64,000 nucleotides of DNA, taken from Octopus sinensis (lineage: Eukaryota). The translations under genes and the position numbers were made by a program. Of the stretch, positions 1-12,419 are shown one piece after another (the stretch's first letter is position 1; every line of letters starts with the position of its first letter). The stretch is taken from positions 1-64,000 of the forward strand of contig NW_021834615.1 in NCBI RefSeq assembly GCF_006345805.1, written 5' to 3'. A model generated the notes under the pieces. That model ran no database searches. It had not been told where the DNA came from and was given only the letters and a program-made list of their open reading frames with translations.

Positions 1-170
1 AGACTTCATTAGATTAAGTCTTGCGATTACTTGTGTGTGTTGTGTGTGTGTGTGTGTGTGTGATGGTGCTTGTGTGTGTGAGAGTATGTGTGTGTGTGTG
101 TGTGTTTTGTGTGTGTGTGTATGTGTGTGTGCGTCTGTGTATTTGTTGGTTGAACGAAATATTCTCACTC

Positions 171-372
171 TTTTACTCTTAACTCTTTTACTTGTTGCAG
201 TCATTTGACTGCGGCCATGCTAGAGCACCGCCTTTAGTCGAGCATATCGACCCCAGGACTTATTCTTTGTAAGCCCAGTACTTATTCTATCGATCTCTTT
301 TTGCCGAACGTCTAAGTGACGGGGACGTAAGCACACCAGCATCGGTTGTCAAGCGATGGTAGGGGGACAAAC
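171..372. mobile_element. High-copy octopod-type SINE-like repeat (TTTGACTGCGGCCATGCT family)
   Basis: Recognised from memory; related copies at ~24285-24460, 39505-39690 and 58180-58360. Confidence 0.6.
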
Positions 373-442
373 ACTGACACACAAACATTTACACACACAT
401 ACATACATATATATATATATATGCATATATTTACACACACAT

Positions 443-483
<41 letters not shown>

Positions 484-486
<3 letters not shown>

Positions 487-642
487 TTCGACAGGCTTCT
501 TTCAGTTACCGTCTACCAACTCCACTCACAAGTCATTGGTCGGCCCGAGGCTACAGCAGAAGACACATGCCCAAGATGCCAAGCAGTGGGACAGAACCGG
601 AACCATGTGGTTGGTAAGCAAGCTTCTTACCACACAGCCACT
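484..642 (-). mobile_element. tRNA-derived SINE
   Basis: Minus strand starts GTGGCTGTGTGGTAAG (A-box) with a degenerate B-box; absent from the other three upstream regions. Confidence 0.6.
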
Positions 643-866
643 CCTGAATATTAAAACAGTTTCCCAAGAATAAAAAACATTAATAACAAAAATATTAATA
701 ACAATATCATAATATATCATAATATATCCAGAAACAGGAATCATTTCACATTACACGTGTCTCTCATTCATCAAAATATTTTGCTAATTATTGTGTGACA
801 ATATCAAACCATCTCTTTCCAATAATTAAACCTGTCAGAGTTCACGACCCACTTTTAACAGTTCCA

Positions 867-951
867 CCAATCGCATTGGTTCATAATATTTACGATAAGA
901 TCATACCAGAGCTGGGTTGTTGTGCGCTCAATAAATACGTGGAATTCAGTT
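867..951 (+). promoter_or_regulatory. Candidate core promoter: inverted CCAAT pair and Inr-like TCAGTT
   Basis: CCAAT-CGC-ATTGG at 867-879; TCAGTT at 946-951, ~85 nt before the ATG; kept in all four copies; no transcript evidence. Confidence 0.3.
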
Positions 952-1035
952 ACAGGTCTTCAGCTTAAACCTCGCATCTCGATCTTTTGTTGAAGCCACA
1001 CGAAGTATCACGTACGACCGACAACTGTCACCAGA

Positions 1036-1179
1036 ATGGATTTCGCACAACAGTTCAGGAATATTTCGCAGCGTTTTTCCATTTCTTCTCTCATAACTTT
1101 TGGGGTTCTTCTCGTTCTGACGATCGTCAATCTTCATCAAGATTCAAGAATAGGAAAAATGGAAGAGAAATCGCAAACG
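1036..1179 (+). CDS. Gene copy 1, exon 1 (ATG; signal anchor/peptide) of short-chain collagen C4-like protein
   Basis: MDFAQQFRNISQRFSISSLITFGVLLVLTIVNLHQDSRIGKMEEKSQT then GTAAGT donor; 144 nt, phase 0; conserved in 4 copies. Confidence 0.8.
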
Positions 1180-1435
1180 GTAAGTCATGGATTTTGTGTT
1201 AACATATGTATGTCTTTATGTATTTATATATGTATGTATGCGTGCATGTATGTATGCATCTACGTATGTATATATGAATATATGGATGTATGTACATACC
1301 GATGGATGGATGGATGGATGTAAGGATGTATGCATGAACCATGTACATATGTTCCTATACAGCACACACACACGTACGATCCATCACACACGTATACACA
1401 TAAAATAACACAGGCGCACACACCTAAACATACAT

Positions 1436-1484
<49 letters not shown>

Positions 1485-1488
<4 letters not shown>

Positions 1489-2044
1489 GTTTAAATATTT
1501 GTTGTGCAAGATTTTTTATGTGAAGTCGTGTGTTTAAACAGATATTGTTATATTTCGGAATGGTCATATTGACATATTTGGTGTTATTTTGCTCAGTGTT
1601 ATTTATTTTTTACATTAATCTTAATCTTATTTCGCCCAGAGTTCTTTCGTCACAATCCTGTGACCGCATCAGGGTCCTTTGATTCTTCTTTCTTATTTGT
1701 GTCTCTCCTTACTAACCGTAAGCCTTTTGTATTTCTATTTATGTTTGTTTCATTTGCGCATGCTTATATCTCTATGTGCGTCTATGTTTATATAGTGTGT
1801 GTATGTGGGGGGATGCCTGTAATATTTCTATCTTCTGTTTATATACGTTCATGTAATTTGTATTTTGTTTTTGTTGTTGTTGTTTTTGTTTATTCTTATT
1901 TTGTTCATGTGTTTACATCTACTTATTATCATATCACATTCTTGTATGTATGTATGTATAACAACAATACTAGTAATAACAATAATAAATCGAATTGAAA
2001 AAAAATATATATATATACATATATATACACACACATATATATAC

Positions 2045-2086
<42 letters not shown>

Positions 2087-3550
2087 TTATATATATATAT
2101 ATATAGTTATTTATTTATATTTGTTTTTTTATCTGTGTATTTATTATGTTTTCTGATCCTCTATCGTCACATGTTGTGGTGTGTGTTAGTGCTCCATTCT
2201 AGTTTTCTATTCAGGCTACGTTTATTTTCTATTATGTGTGTAGCTCCTGTAATTTGTCTAATTGTTGCATCTGTTCTATGTGTGGACAATATTTTAATTT
2301 GTATGTTATTGATTGATCCCCCGTGTTTCTGTTCGGCGTGTTGGTACAGAATCGATGAGCTTTTACCTTCCTTGAGTTGTCTCCATGTCCATTTACCCGC
2401 TCTCCTATGCTTCTTGCCGTTTCCCCTACGTATGTCGTCTTGTTACTGTTACTGCATCGTCCCTCTATACATCTTATACTATAGACTACATTCCTGGCTT
2501 TACAGTTTGTTTGGGGCTAAATCTACATACAGTACAGTACTTATCCGTACTGGGGGTTCTACTAAAAGGATAGGTTCTACCAATTATAGATTTGATAGGG
2601 GCCTGGCTTTTCAACAACGTTAATTCTTAGCTTCAGTTTGTCTAGGGTCCTTCTAAAGCGGTACGCCAGTTCACCTCCAGGGGTGGTGTCAACGAACATG
2701 ACACTCTGGTATTTATGGTTATCATACCAAGAGTTGGCCTTCCCTATTTTCTTTTTTGTCCTTTCTATAGTGTTCCATGACTTGTTCCTATAGAGTGGGC
2801 AAATCCCAATCCTATCATTACATATATATTATCAAATTTCTTCATAGCTCCTTTGTATACTCTGATCCTTTCTTTTCTGGCTTAACCTGAGAACTGCATG
2901 CGGTGAATGAAATATCGTATGTGTTTCTTTAACTCTGTAGGCTCGCACATGCGTGACACATTTCTCATTATTCTGACGAGGTCTGCCATCAAAATATTGA
3001 ATTTGGCATTGCCCGCAATGGCTGAGTTCCGGTGGATCAAGTATTTTGAGGCCATAGGTTTGGCATAGTAAATGAAGAAGATTTGGGTTTTATTATTCAC
3101 AATTTCTAGCCAGAGTTCAGTGTCTAGCACTGGTAGTCTATGGTTGGGTGTTTAGGGGTGTCTATTGTAACTAGTGGTGGTTCTATAATTACTCTATGGA
3201 TGGAGTTATGTATTTGCTGGATACTCTCCATAGTATTAGTTTCTATTTCTCTTTCAAGAGTACTCTCTTGTGGGGTGCCTTTACCACTATGTTGATATCA
3301 TCAACATAGCGAGAGTACATGTTTACGAGTATGGAGTTCTGTGTTAGGCGTTCTTTAAGCATTCTGTCCCACCATACCATGAAAGGTTGGCCCCATCACC
3401 AGCGATACTAACGCCGATGGCTGCCCCCTCGTCCTAGGCATATATTTTATTATTAAACTTAAACGTGTGGCCTTTTAGGATAACTCTTATACTAGCTCCT
3501 AGTGCATGTGCGATCATTTTCTTTACCTGATGGACATTTGCAGGGCTCCG
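1485..3550 (-). mobile_element. Penelope-like retroelement (RT 3' half, GIY-YIG, pLTR), degraded
   Basis: GAAIGVSIAGD..NLFMVWWD, YSRYVDDIN, KPMASKYLIHRNSA; Cys linker (YCTVC); NVVYSIRC..YVGETARSIGER; 3' end abuts (TA)n at 1441-1484. Confidence 0.85.
1635..1677 (-). ncRNA. Degenerate type I hammerhead motif (PLE pLTR)
   Basis: CUGAUGC-G-GUCACA-GGAU-UGUGAC-GAAA-GAAC-UC; perfect stem II, A9 to C, weak stem I. Confidence 0.6.
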
Positions 3551-5760
3551 TATGCCTCTGGTCCATCCGCGTCACCTTTCTATATGTGTCTTCCTAGCCA
3601 TAGAAGTAATTGTGGGCGGTCTACCTCTTAAACATCGACTGGGGCAGAAACTACTAAGATTATGCTTATCTAAGTATTCATTATTACATGTCAGTCTAAG
3701 TAGGAGGCCCAGTTCTTCTGTGTTGACATTACGGAACTCCACCTCACCTCTCGTTGATCGTCTCCACGCACTTCTCCACCGCAAAATCTACGTCAATCGA
3801 TGGGTATAGGGATACCACATCCATGCTACCCACCATACATCCTGTCAGGTCACAAGTGTTGTTACAGTCATTGATCCTGCTGAGGAGATCTTATGTGCTG
3901 TCACAAACATCAATTTTATATTTACCTGGAAACTTCGAATTATCAATCGCTGATAACCCAGCCTCGGCCTGTTTCATAATTTCAATCCCACGACTTCTGT
4001 CTGACAATGTTCCAGCGTATACTCGTTCCAAGCTCTTGACGGGTTCTTCCTTGACTGTTGGAATGCTTTCTTCAGATATTCGAAACTTAAATTCTTTCTG
4101 CACTCCCTTAACAAATGTCAGACTACGCGACTTTTTTGCTCTAAATCGCGTCCTTGACCAACTTACAAGTTCGTCTAATCTCAAGAGGGCATTCTGCATG
4201 TTTTTTTTATCTGTAGCTAGAAGTGTCACGTCATCCATGAAGGCTTTCTTAGGCAATTGTACATGGGCGATTTGTTCCGAAAAATCTACACCTTCCAAAA
4301 TCAACTCCATGACTAAGATAAACCACGTGACAGATATCGTACAGCCAGCAGCAATGCCAACTTCCAATCGGTGCCAATTTGTTGTAAAATTTCCAGTCGT
4401 AAATCTCATTTCGAAACTGTCATAGTACATCCTCATTATTTTGATCACTTTGTCTGGAATGTGGAAGTGGTCCATGGCTGTTATTAGTAATTTGTGTAAA
4501 TATGCCACTGTTCTCCTCGACAGAATTCCCATAAAGATCTTGCCTTGTAGGTATCCTTGATATGAGCATCCAATTCTTCTTTAGTGCACGATAAAGTGCC
4601 ACTCTACGGTTCAGTGAATAGCTTCTTAGTAAACCCGTAAGTCCTTCAGAAACTGACCCGAGTCCTTTTACTTTCTTTTCGACGCTCATATCGGCGGATA
4701 TGTCGTTGCACATAACGACATTTCCTCTTCAAATCGTTATACAGTAGCGCAAGGCCAGGTTTCTCATCTAGTGCAGCACATCTCCATCGCTTTCTTAAGT
4801 CGGACTTTTCCTTCCTCAACTGCTGCATTTTTCTGATCCTGCTGCTTGGTCCACACTTTCCTTTCTCTAGCCGGATATTCTCTTTTATTCCAAATAAATC
4901 TTTTCCTATATCCTATACTGAGCTTGATAATTTGCCCAGTTTCTCCACTGTAGAGTCTGTCATTTTATAAAGAGCCCGACAAACCTTGTTTTCAAACTCT
5001 TATATTTCACTTTCTCATTAGCAGCAGGCCACAAAACCCTCGGTTTCCTCTGAGTATTATCCGATACACCAGTTTTATGATTGTAGTTTCATCACGCGAA
5101 GATGTCTCTGCTGTAGCATTTATCGATCCGCTGTGGTTTGAGTCCGGGGATTATTTGCCACGTGTTTTACGATCTGACGATCCACACTGCTCTGTCCTCT
5201 TCTCACAAGTCTTTCCCTGATGTATCTTCAAGCCTCTCACAGTTGCAAAGGTTCTACAGCACAGCTTGCATCCAAAGTTGTTTGCATTTCGTTCGCTGTT
5301 CGAATGAATAACCGCACTCATTTCCAAGGTCATTTCCGTGCTGACCGGGTTTGATTGATTCTCGATTCTCCCCTCTCGGTCGATCGTGGGGCAGTCATAT
5401 CCATTCATATCTGTTACAATATATAACAAAGGCGAGGATCGTAAGTCCGCAGCCTCCACCAGTCTTTCCTGGTGTCGATAGTCTTTCCTATTGTCCGCTC
5501 GTCTTTCCGAGCAGTCCTCTTGTCTTTCCAAGATGCCTAACCGTCTTTCCGGTTTGTCAGTGGTTCCCTACCACAAGGTCTTAGATGTCTTGCAAACAAC
5601 TTGCACATGCAAGTGCTACCAGTTAAAAGCTCCGTATACCGGAAGCTAGCAAGTGTATGGGGTCATCAGGAGAGAGATTGCGCGCCGTTTCGGGGCCTAC
5701 CTCTCGACGGCATCAATGCGCACTGATATGAGGCTCCGCTTGCTAGATCAGCTGGTTATG
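3551..5760 (-). mobile_element. HERO-like restriction-endonuclease LINE, 5' part (zinc finger + RT), frameshifted
   Basis: CKLCCRTFATVRGLKIHQGKTC; GIAAGCTISVTWF; KAFMDDVT; FRAKKSRSL. Confidence 0.8.
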
Positions 5761-5937
5761 AAGAACTCAATATACTTCTAGCCATCGCTCATCGTCTCTT
5801 TTAACCAAATCCAGTGGCTAGCCTTCTCCACTGTAGATTGGATATCAGTCATGATGGTATTGACTTTACGATGAGTTAGGCCTAGCGATAACAACAGTCG
5901 TCTCACGCTGTGTCCAACAAACCCTCTACATCCAATT
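5761..5937 (-). mobile_element. HERO-like LINE extreme C-terminus
   Basis: IGCRGFVGHS...VEKASHWIWLK. Confidence 0.7.
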
Positions 5938-8900
5938 TCTTTATTAGCCAAATGGGCCCAAACATAGGGGGGCAATACAGCCTGATTGGGGTCAGACACA
6001 CAATGATTATATGACTCTTAAAATTTTACAAAATATAATGAAATCGAATGAAATCGAATGAGATACAACAAGGACGAAATACACACGTGAGATGAAGCAG
6101 AGAGATGGCTTACGCTCCGACCCCACGAGCCCCATTCTCCTACTGAAACATTGTATGCATTATGACATGCATGACTTATCACATCACACCCGCAGACATC
6201 TTTCATCCACACTCACACACACACACACCGCAACCTCGCAAGACGGAGATCACATCACACACCACCTTCCTTTTAAGGAGGAAGATAAAATATCTCACCA
6301 ACCCGAGACCGGAGATAAGGTTGCCTGTCGCCAAACCTTTCATTCGCGACTTCCATACCACCTCTTTCGCTATTGCTACTACTGCGAGAAAACATTGCTT
6401 ACCTTCTTTCGTGAGGAAATCCGGCGGGTCAATTTTTACGATTGACTCAGACGACAGCTGTACTCTTCCCGAATCTGACAGCAGATGTTCTGCATAAACC
6501 CACACTTCAGACACTTCCGGACACTGAACAATAGCGTGCAGGACAGTTTCCCTATCCCGTCTGCATCTTGGACAGTCGGCAGTGGTGGTTCGACCGTGTC
6601 CTGCGAGCTTATCCCGAACGGGTAAGGCTCCTCAGTAACATTGCCAGGCCAGGGACTTTTGGAAATTATCCAAACACCCCAGCCCAAACGTCCTTCGGAA
6701 CAGACTGTCTAACTGGTTATCTCCGAGACCTAGGGTTTCCTCTAGGGTATCGTCGTTCCCAGCCTCTACCAACCTGCTATAGAAAAATGTGGTGGTACCA
6801 AAACCGCTAGCATTACCCGAGCGATGGAACTGTAGGAGTGCTTTACAGCACTCCGTAAACCATGTACCCAACCTCGTTCTACGAAGGAACCAGCTTTCTT
6901 GTCCACTAAACTTGTGAACCTGGGAAACATCCGTTTCGCGTGCGGAGACCACACCTGTTAACCATTGAGGAGTAGCCAGAGATGCCTCAACCTCAGCGCA
7001 TGTTTGCGCATCAACAGCCAAGGCATCCCCAGTCCTCCATTCAACGGCTTTTGGCAGCAGAGAGAACGCCTCACTAGAGGAGTGGTGCCCTTCCACAAAA
7101 AGCGGAAGATCTGCTTCTCCAGCTTGCTCAACCACGAACCGGGACAGGGCACGACGGTTAGGCGGTAAATGATGACCGATGCGATACCTCCGCCCTCCCT
7201 TTCAAGGATAGCCACCGCCAAGACCAGGTCTTGACTATGCAGGTCACCTTGCTCAATACCTCTGCCCAGTTCTTTTCTACCTGGAGGTCTGGTCCAAACC
7301 ATACCCCTAACAGCTTAACCGGGCCCTCCGTCCAACGTCCCACGACGCTATCCAAAGGCATCGACTTTCTCCTCCAGGTGCCGAGTTGCAAGCCGACTGA
7401 CTTTTCCCGGTTAATCTTTGCTCCTGCTACCGTCTCGTAAACCTTAATGGTTTCACTTACCCTCTGTAGGTGTTCCATCTTGGTTACAAAAATGGTGATG
7501 TCATCCGCATATGCTGAAACCGACTCTCCAACAGCCGGCCCCTCGGGATGCCGCTCAATTTTCGCAGTTACGGCTCTAGAGCCATCACATACAAAAGTGG
7601 CGAAAGCGGACATCCTTGGCGAACCGAGCGCTTAACAGAGAACGGCCTAGAAAGAAATCCGTTCACCCGAACGATCGAATCGATGTTGTCGTATAATTGG
7701 ATTATCCACCTAAGGAAGCCAAGACCCAGCCCGAACTGTGCTAGCACGGACACCAGGTATCGATGGTCAACCCTATCGAATGCTTTTGCCAGAATCACTA
7801 CCAAACCCTTCTAAGGTATAGCGTATAAGATGGAGATTGTCCTGAATGCTTCTTCTGCCGGCGACGGCACAGGTTTGTGCCTTGCCGATCAGAGTATTCG
7901 CGACCCGCCCCAATCTTTTTGCTAGTACCTTGGCCAAAACCTTCACCTCTGCGTTTAACAGAGTGATGGGCCTAAAGTTGTCTATCTTATCTCCCTTGTT
8001 TAGGTCCTTCCTGACCAGAGTCACCACTCCCCTGCGTACAGATCTGGGAATCGACCCATTCTGCTGCCAGTTAGCGTAAACCCTGTCCAGAATTTTCCCA
8101 AAGAAGTCTGGCATACTTTTATACAATTCATAAGGCAAACCATCAAGTCACGGCGCCCTACCAGCTTTACAGTTCGTTATAGCCTCTCTACACTCCTGAG
8201 GTGTTATCGGACCCTCACAGCACTCAGCATCCTGCCCCGAGAGAGGCGGCAGCCCGGCAAGGAAGTCCGAAAGGTCCAACCTACCATCCGGTCCATTGCC
8301 CCTCCCGAAAAGCTGTACAAAGTGCTCCTGAAAAGCCTGACACATCTCATCGGGTTCGTTCACAATCTCGCCTTGTAGGTTCTCCACAGATCGAATTGTG
8401 GAATTATTTCCACATTGGGTTTCCATCACCCGAGCCCATCCAGCGGCATTGAGCCCTCACTTCCCTTGCACGAAGTCTACCCCTGATAATGCATCCCCTG
8501 TGTTGGCCTCGAGGTGCTGGTTTAATTCCAGTCTCTTAGCCTTCGCCTCAGCAGCACTACCAGTCAACACTGCTTCCTCTAATTCCTTAACCAGTTCTAG
8601 TTCTCTCTTACGCTCTCTCGCCACTAAACCTATGCTATATCTAACAGACTCAAATTTAATGGCTCTTTTGAGGGCGTACCACCATTTATTATTAATGATG
8701 GTACCAGTTAAAGCACTCTGTATCAGTAACTTAATCCGGCTTCTGTACTCTTCGTTCGCCAAATGGGACTTATTGAGTTTCTAGTAACCGGATCCTCTAC
8801 TCTGTAACTTATCTAGGTTCAGCTTACAAGTGACCAATTTATGATCACTGTAGCTGACCAAGTGGAATTGTGGACACTTAGCTATGGGTCTATCTGTTTC

Positions 8901-10988
8901 TCTAATTAGAATCCTATCTATATAGGACTTAAAAGACCCGTCACCACTTAACCATGTCCACATTGGGGTTTTCGGGAATTCAAGTCTGTATGGATCTACT
9001 AGCTGAAAGCGACTTAGTAGATCCCGGAAACCGGCATTAGGTATTCTATTTGGGTTCGAGCCAACATTATCCACGCGCGCATCTTGAATAACATTAAAGT
9101 CACCTAACAAAACTAATGGGTACGCCGTACCAAGAAACTTCTCTAGGTCTCGGAAATACTCAGACTGACAATTGTAGGGGGCGTAAATTGCCACCAGTCT
9201 GATTTTCTTACCGCAACTTAAAGTCAGGTCGAAGACGACCAGCCTACCCTCTGGGTCACAAAAAATTAACTTCTTCTCTGAAACCCGGTTTCTTTTTAGT
9301 AGGACCAACACCCCACACCCCATCCGCCGGTGGACCTGGAGAAATAAATTTCTCGTATCCATCCAGGAGTGGGAGCAGTCCTCTTGATCCCTTTAACCGG
9401 GTTTCAGTAGCAACAATGACATCCAAATTATGTGACATGACGTCGTTTAAGAAGCGACCTTGCTTCCATCCCGCCGTCAGGCCACGCACATTTAAACATC
9501 CAACGTGAACTGCCATAAGTCTTACCTCAATTTCTTGTGTCTTCGCTAAAAGGCGGAGGTGGGTCCGCCTCTTTTTCTTTTTCTCGGGCTCGTGGAGTCG
9601 TTTTAATTAAGCCAACATCACTCCGATAGTCATTTGCTAGAACGTTGTAAGACGTTCTCTCTACGTGGTAGACTTCGAAACCGTCTTTAACGTTTTTGCA
9701 TCCAGTTCTTTTTAGTTTTTTAAATTGTATTTGACTCATTAATCTCGAGTTTGAGGTTCGAACCGCCATATATAGAACTTCTTTTTCTCGTATTTCTTTT
9801 GTTTTTGATTTTTTGGCTTTTTCATGCCTTCTTTGAGTTTGCATTTTTGCCAATGATTTAACATTTCTCTTTAATTTCCTTTTGCTACCAGCTCTCTTCC
9901 ATTCCGCCTCTTCTTTATTTCCGCTCTCATTTTCTTCTTCTGTACTTTCTTCTTCTGTTTTCCCATTCTCTGTAGTTTCATCTTCCGAGTCTTCTTCAAT
10001 GTTGTTCTCCTCTTTTTCTTTTTCTTCACCACTCTTGCATTCGGACCTAACATGGCCCTTCTTTCCACATTTAAAACATCTGGGTTTTCTACCTTCCACC
10101 ATGACTTCTAACTTCGTACCCATTGTATCTATGACCTCTGGAATTTTTTCTAGGGTCATAGGCTCTGCTTGGATCAGCATTTTTATTGTTTGGCCAAGCC
10201 AGACTTTGTCTTCTGTTACTTCCGCAGAAAGCAGTGTGATTTCTTCCTCTAGGTCATACAGTACTGCCGCCGCTACTAGCCATTCGGCGTCCGCCTCCGG
10301 TGGTACACAGCTTATCTTTATTCGGGAGGTTCTCCTCCCCATATAAAATGGCAACAGTACTACCTCATCCGTTCGCAGCGGCTCCACAGAATACTTTTGC
10401 GCCTGTTCCACTGTTGACATCCTCACTTCAACAGTTGCATATCTTTTTCCTCTGGCCAAATATGTGATGTTATTCCAAATTGGCCTTAAATATTTTTCTA
10501 CACTTCTGTCATTGACATAGTTAATTTTTTTCTTTTCAACATTATATGTTTTGAAAATTACAGTCCTTTCGAGTGCATCTTTAATGATGCTATGAGGAGG
10601 GACCACCTTTATTTCGGTCCCTTCTTTTGTTAACAGCTCTCGGTTTGCCTTCAAATTGGTTGTATCAATTTTCCTTGAGTTTCCTCCGGCGGCAGCCGCA
10701 AAGCTCCTTATTGGCTCTTCTAATATCCTTCTGCTCACTACAGAATCCTTACTGGTACTTGGCACTGGAGATACACTCTCCCTACGCGCGACAGTACCTT
10801 CCATTGTGTAAAACACTAATAAATAAAGTAAAACGTTTCCCCGCAAGGGGAATTAAAACAAATTTTGCTTCAAAACAAGCAATAAATAGTCCCTTTTTTC
10901 AAATTATAATAATCGAATTTAACTGTAACAGACATAAAATTTTAACATTGTACACTGCATAATAAGCGACATTATTAAGAAACATGCG
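5938..10988 (-). mobile_element. Full-length L1/Tx1-clade LINE, ORF2 frameshifted
   Basis: ORF1 with CCHC knuckle; ORF2 with APE (CLNVRGL, LLGDFN, SDH) and RT (NFRPITLLN, AFDRVDH, VRQGCPLSPLLY, YADDIT); AATAAA at the 3' end; 11/13 target-site-like duplication. Confidence 0.9.
9527..10804 (-). CDS. Tx1/L1 ORF1 (zinc-knuckle protein), open frame
   Basis: Within track ORF 9527-10846; likely start MEGTVARRES; CFKCGKKGHVRSEC; acidic/basic tail; ORF2 ATG follows at 9516. Confidence 0.8.
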   Translation of the reverse strand: MEGTVARRESVSPVPSTSKDSVVSRRILEEPIRSFAAAAGGNSRKIDTTNLKANRELLTKEGTEIKVVPPHSIIKDALERTVIFKTYNVEKKKINYVNDRSVEKYLRPIWNNITYLARGKRYATVEVRMSTVEQAQKYSVEPLRTDEVVLLPFYMGRRTSRIKISCVPPEADAEWLVAAAVLYDLEEEITLLSAEVTEDKVWLGQTIKMLIQAEPMTLEKIPEVIDTMGTKLEVMVEGRKPRCFKCGKKGHVRSECKSGEEKEKEENNIEEDSEDETTENGKTEEESTEEENESGNKEEAEWKRAGSKRKLKRNVKSLAKMQTQRRHEKAKKSKTKEIREKEVLYMAVRTSNSRLMSQIQFKKLKRTGCKNVKDGFEVYHVERTSYNVLANDYRSDVGLIKTTPRAREKEKEADPPPPFSEDTRN

Positions 10989-11510
10989 TCTCCATCCGAT
11001 TCGATAGGAAAATGTTCCACTTTCCAGCCTACGTCTTCACATTCCTCAAGGTTTTCATAACGGTTCAATTTTCGAGCCCGAGCGGCGTCCATATTACCTT
11101 CATGAGGAACTGTTAGATCGACTATATTTACAACTTTCTTTCTTTCACACCACATCAAAATATCTGGTTTTTTCGAAGTAGGATGGGAAAGAAAACCTGG
11201 CACCCAGGTAAATCTGCAGTTACCTCTCAATAGCCGTTCCACTTTTAATTTCTCTCAGGATGTTTCTTGATCTTTTTCTTGAAACGGATCCGCTGACCTG
11301 GTCGCACGATGGTAATGAAATCTCTTGATGGTACTTTTAACGGTTTTTCCTCAGTGTTGTTGAGATGAATTTGGTTTTTATAGCATTGAAGATAACCTTA
11401 AGGACCAAGTTGTGCCTCCATGTGTACCTGTTCAATGCTAATGAACAGTTGGAAAGAATATGTTTTAGTGTCCCGACCTTTCTACATTTGCAGATGTCAT
11501 TCTCTAAGAT
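10989..11510 (-). mobile_element. HERO-like LINE C-terminal CCHC + RLE endonuclease fragment
   Basis: CRKVGTLKHILSNC..RYTWRHN; KPDILMW..VDLTVPHE..GWKVEHFPIE. Confidence 0.8.
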
Positions 11511-12044
11511 GTTCCATCTTTGAAACAGGTGATATGGGAATGTGCAACATTGACAACAAAACATTTGTAGAGTAAATGCTGGTCTAATTCGACTAAGCAA
11601 CATGCTATGCGTCCGTTTGGAGTATTTCAGGCCCTAACCTGTCATGCAAAATTGGAGGTGGGGTTTGTGTGATATTTGAACGCACCGAAAATCTGTCAGT
11701 GGATATACTCTCCTTTGCTGCAGTGTGCGCTGTGTCTAACACGACCCATCATCGGAAATTTTGACACCTCACGTCGGGTTTATTGTCCTACATCACTCAT
11801 AGAGCAAATTTGGAGGAACTGTGGTTGTTCATTCGCGGGTACCACAGTACGAATGATGGCATAGACTTGCCCTTGAACTTTGACGTCGGCGTAAATTCAT
11901 GTTATTCTATCTCTTAGATTCACCAAACGATGTCATTTGAAATGCAGAGTTGTATTGTCTGATATTGTTCAGAAAATCGTTCGACTGGATTGAAGCGCCT
12001 TCTAGAAGATTCCTAAGGGGTTGTGATGGTAGTGTTGGCAATGA
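11511..12044 (-). mobile_element. Helitron derivative (RepHel N-terminal fragment), 3' end lost
   Basis: FLNNIRQYNSAFQMTSFG, FKVQGQVY-like and PQFLQIY motifs. Confidence 0.75.
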
Positions 12045-12148
12045 TACCTGTCCGAATATGTTGTCATCTATTGCATTGTTTTAAGTTCTAAACGATAATA
12101 AATACTCTGAAGTTCTATTTATATGATGCTATTTCTATTTTTTCACAG

Positions 12149-12200
12149 AACCGTTTCATCTCCAAGAAATCATTCGACGATAAACCTGATGACCCACCAA
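12149..12200 (+). CDS. Gene copy 1, exon 2a
   Basis: tttttcacAG|52 nt|GTAAG; phase 0 to 1; NRFISKKSFDDKPDDPP; bridges the frames of exon 1 and exon 3 exactly. Confidence 0.7.
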
Positions 12201-12419
12201 GTAAGAACTAATTTTATAGCTACAGTCTTTCATCCCGTGTCTCCTTAACCAATGATTTATAATTTCACCAACTTTGAATTAATTCCACATTACTATCCAC
12301 ATGTCCACAATAGTATATACTTAGACACTTGCCTGAATTTATTTCAAACTATATTCTCCTTTACAATAAGTTCCTGAATAAAATGTTACTCTAATATACA
12401 ATGCTATTTATTGTGTGTA

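Noticed and set aside
930-937. AATAAATA as a TATA box
   Set aside because: Only ~18 nt upstream of the Inr-like site and non-consensus
987-1202. Recurring ORF MLKPHEVSRTTDNCHQ and antisense ORF 946-1140
   Set aside because: Alternative frames of exon 1; recurrence is explained by the duplication
5655-5700. GAAAC...CUGAUGA on the minus strand (also ~58770-58810)
   Set aside because: Core halves are in reversed order and stems II/III do not pair convincingly; not counted as hammerheads
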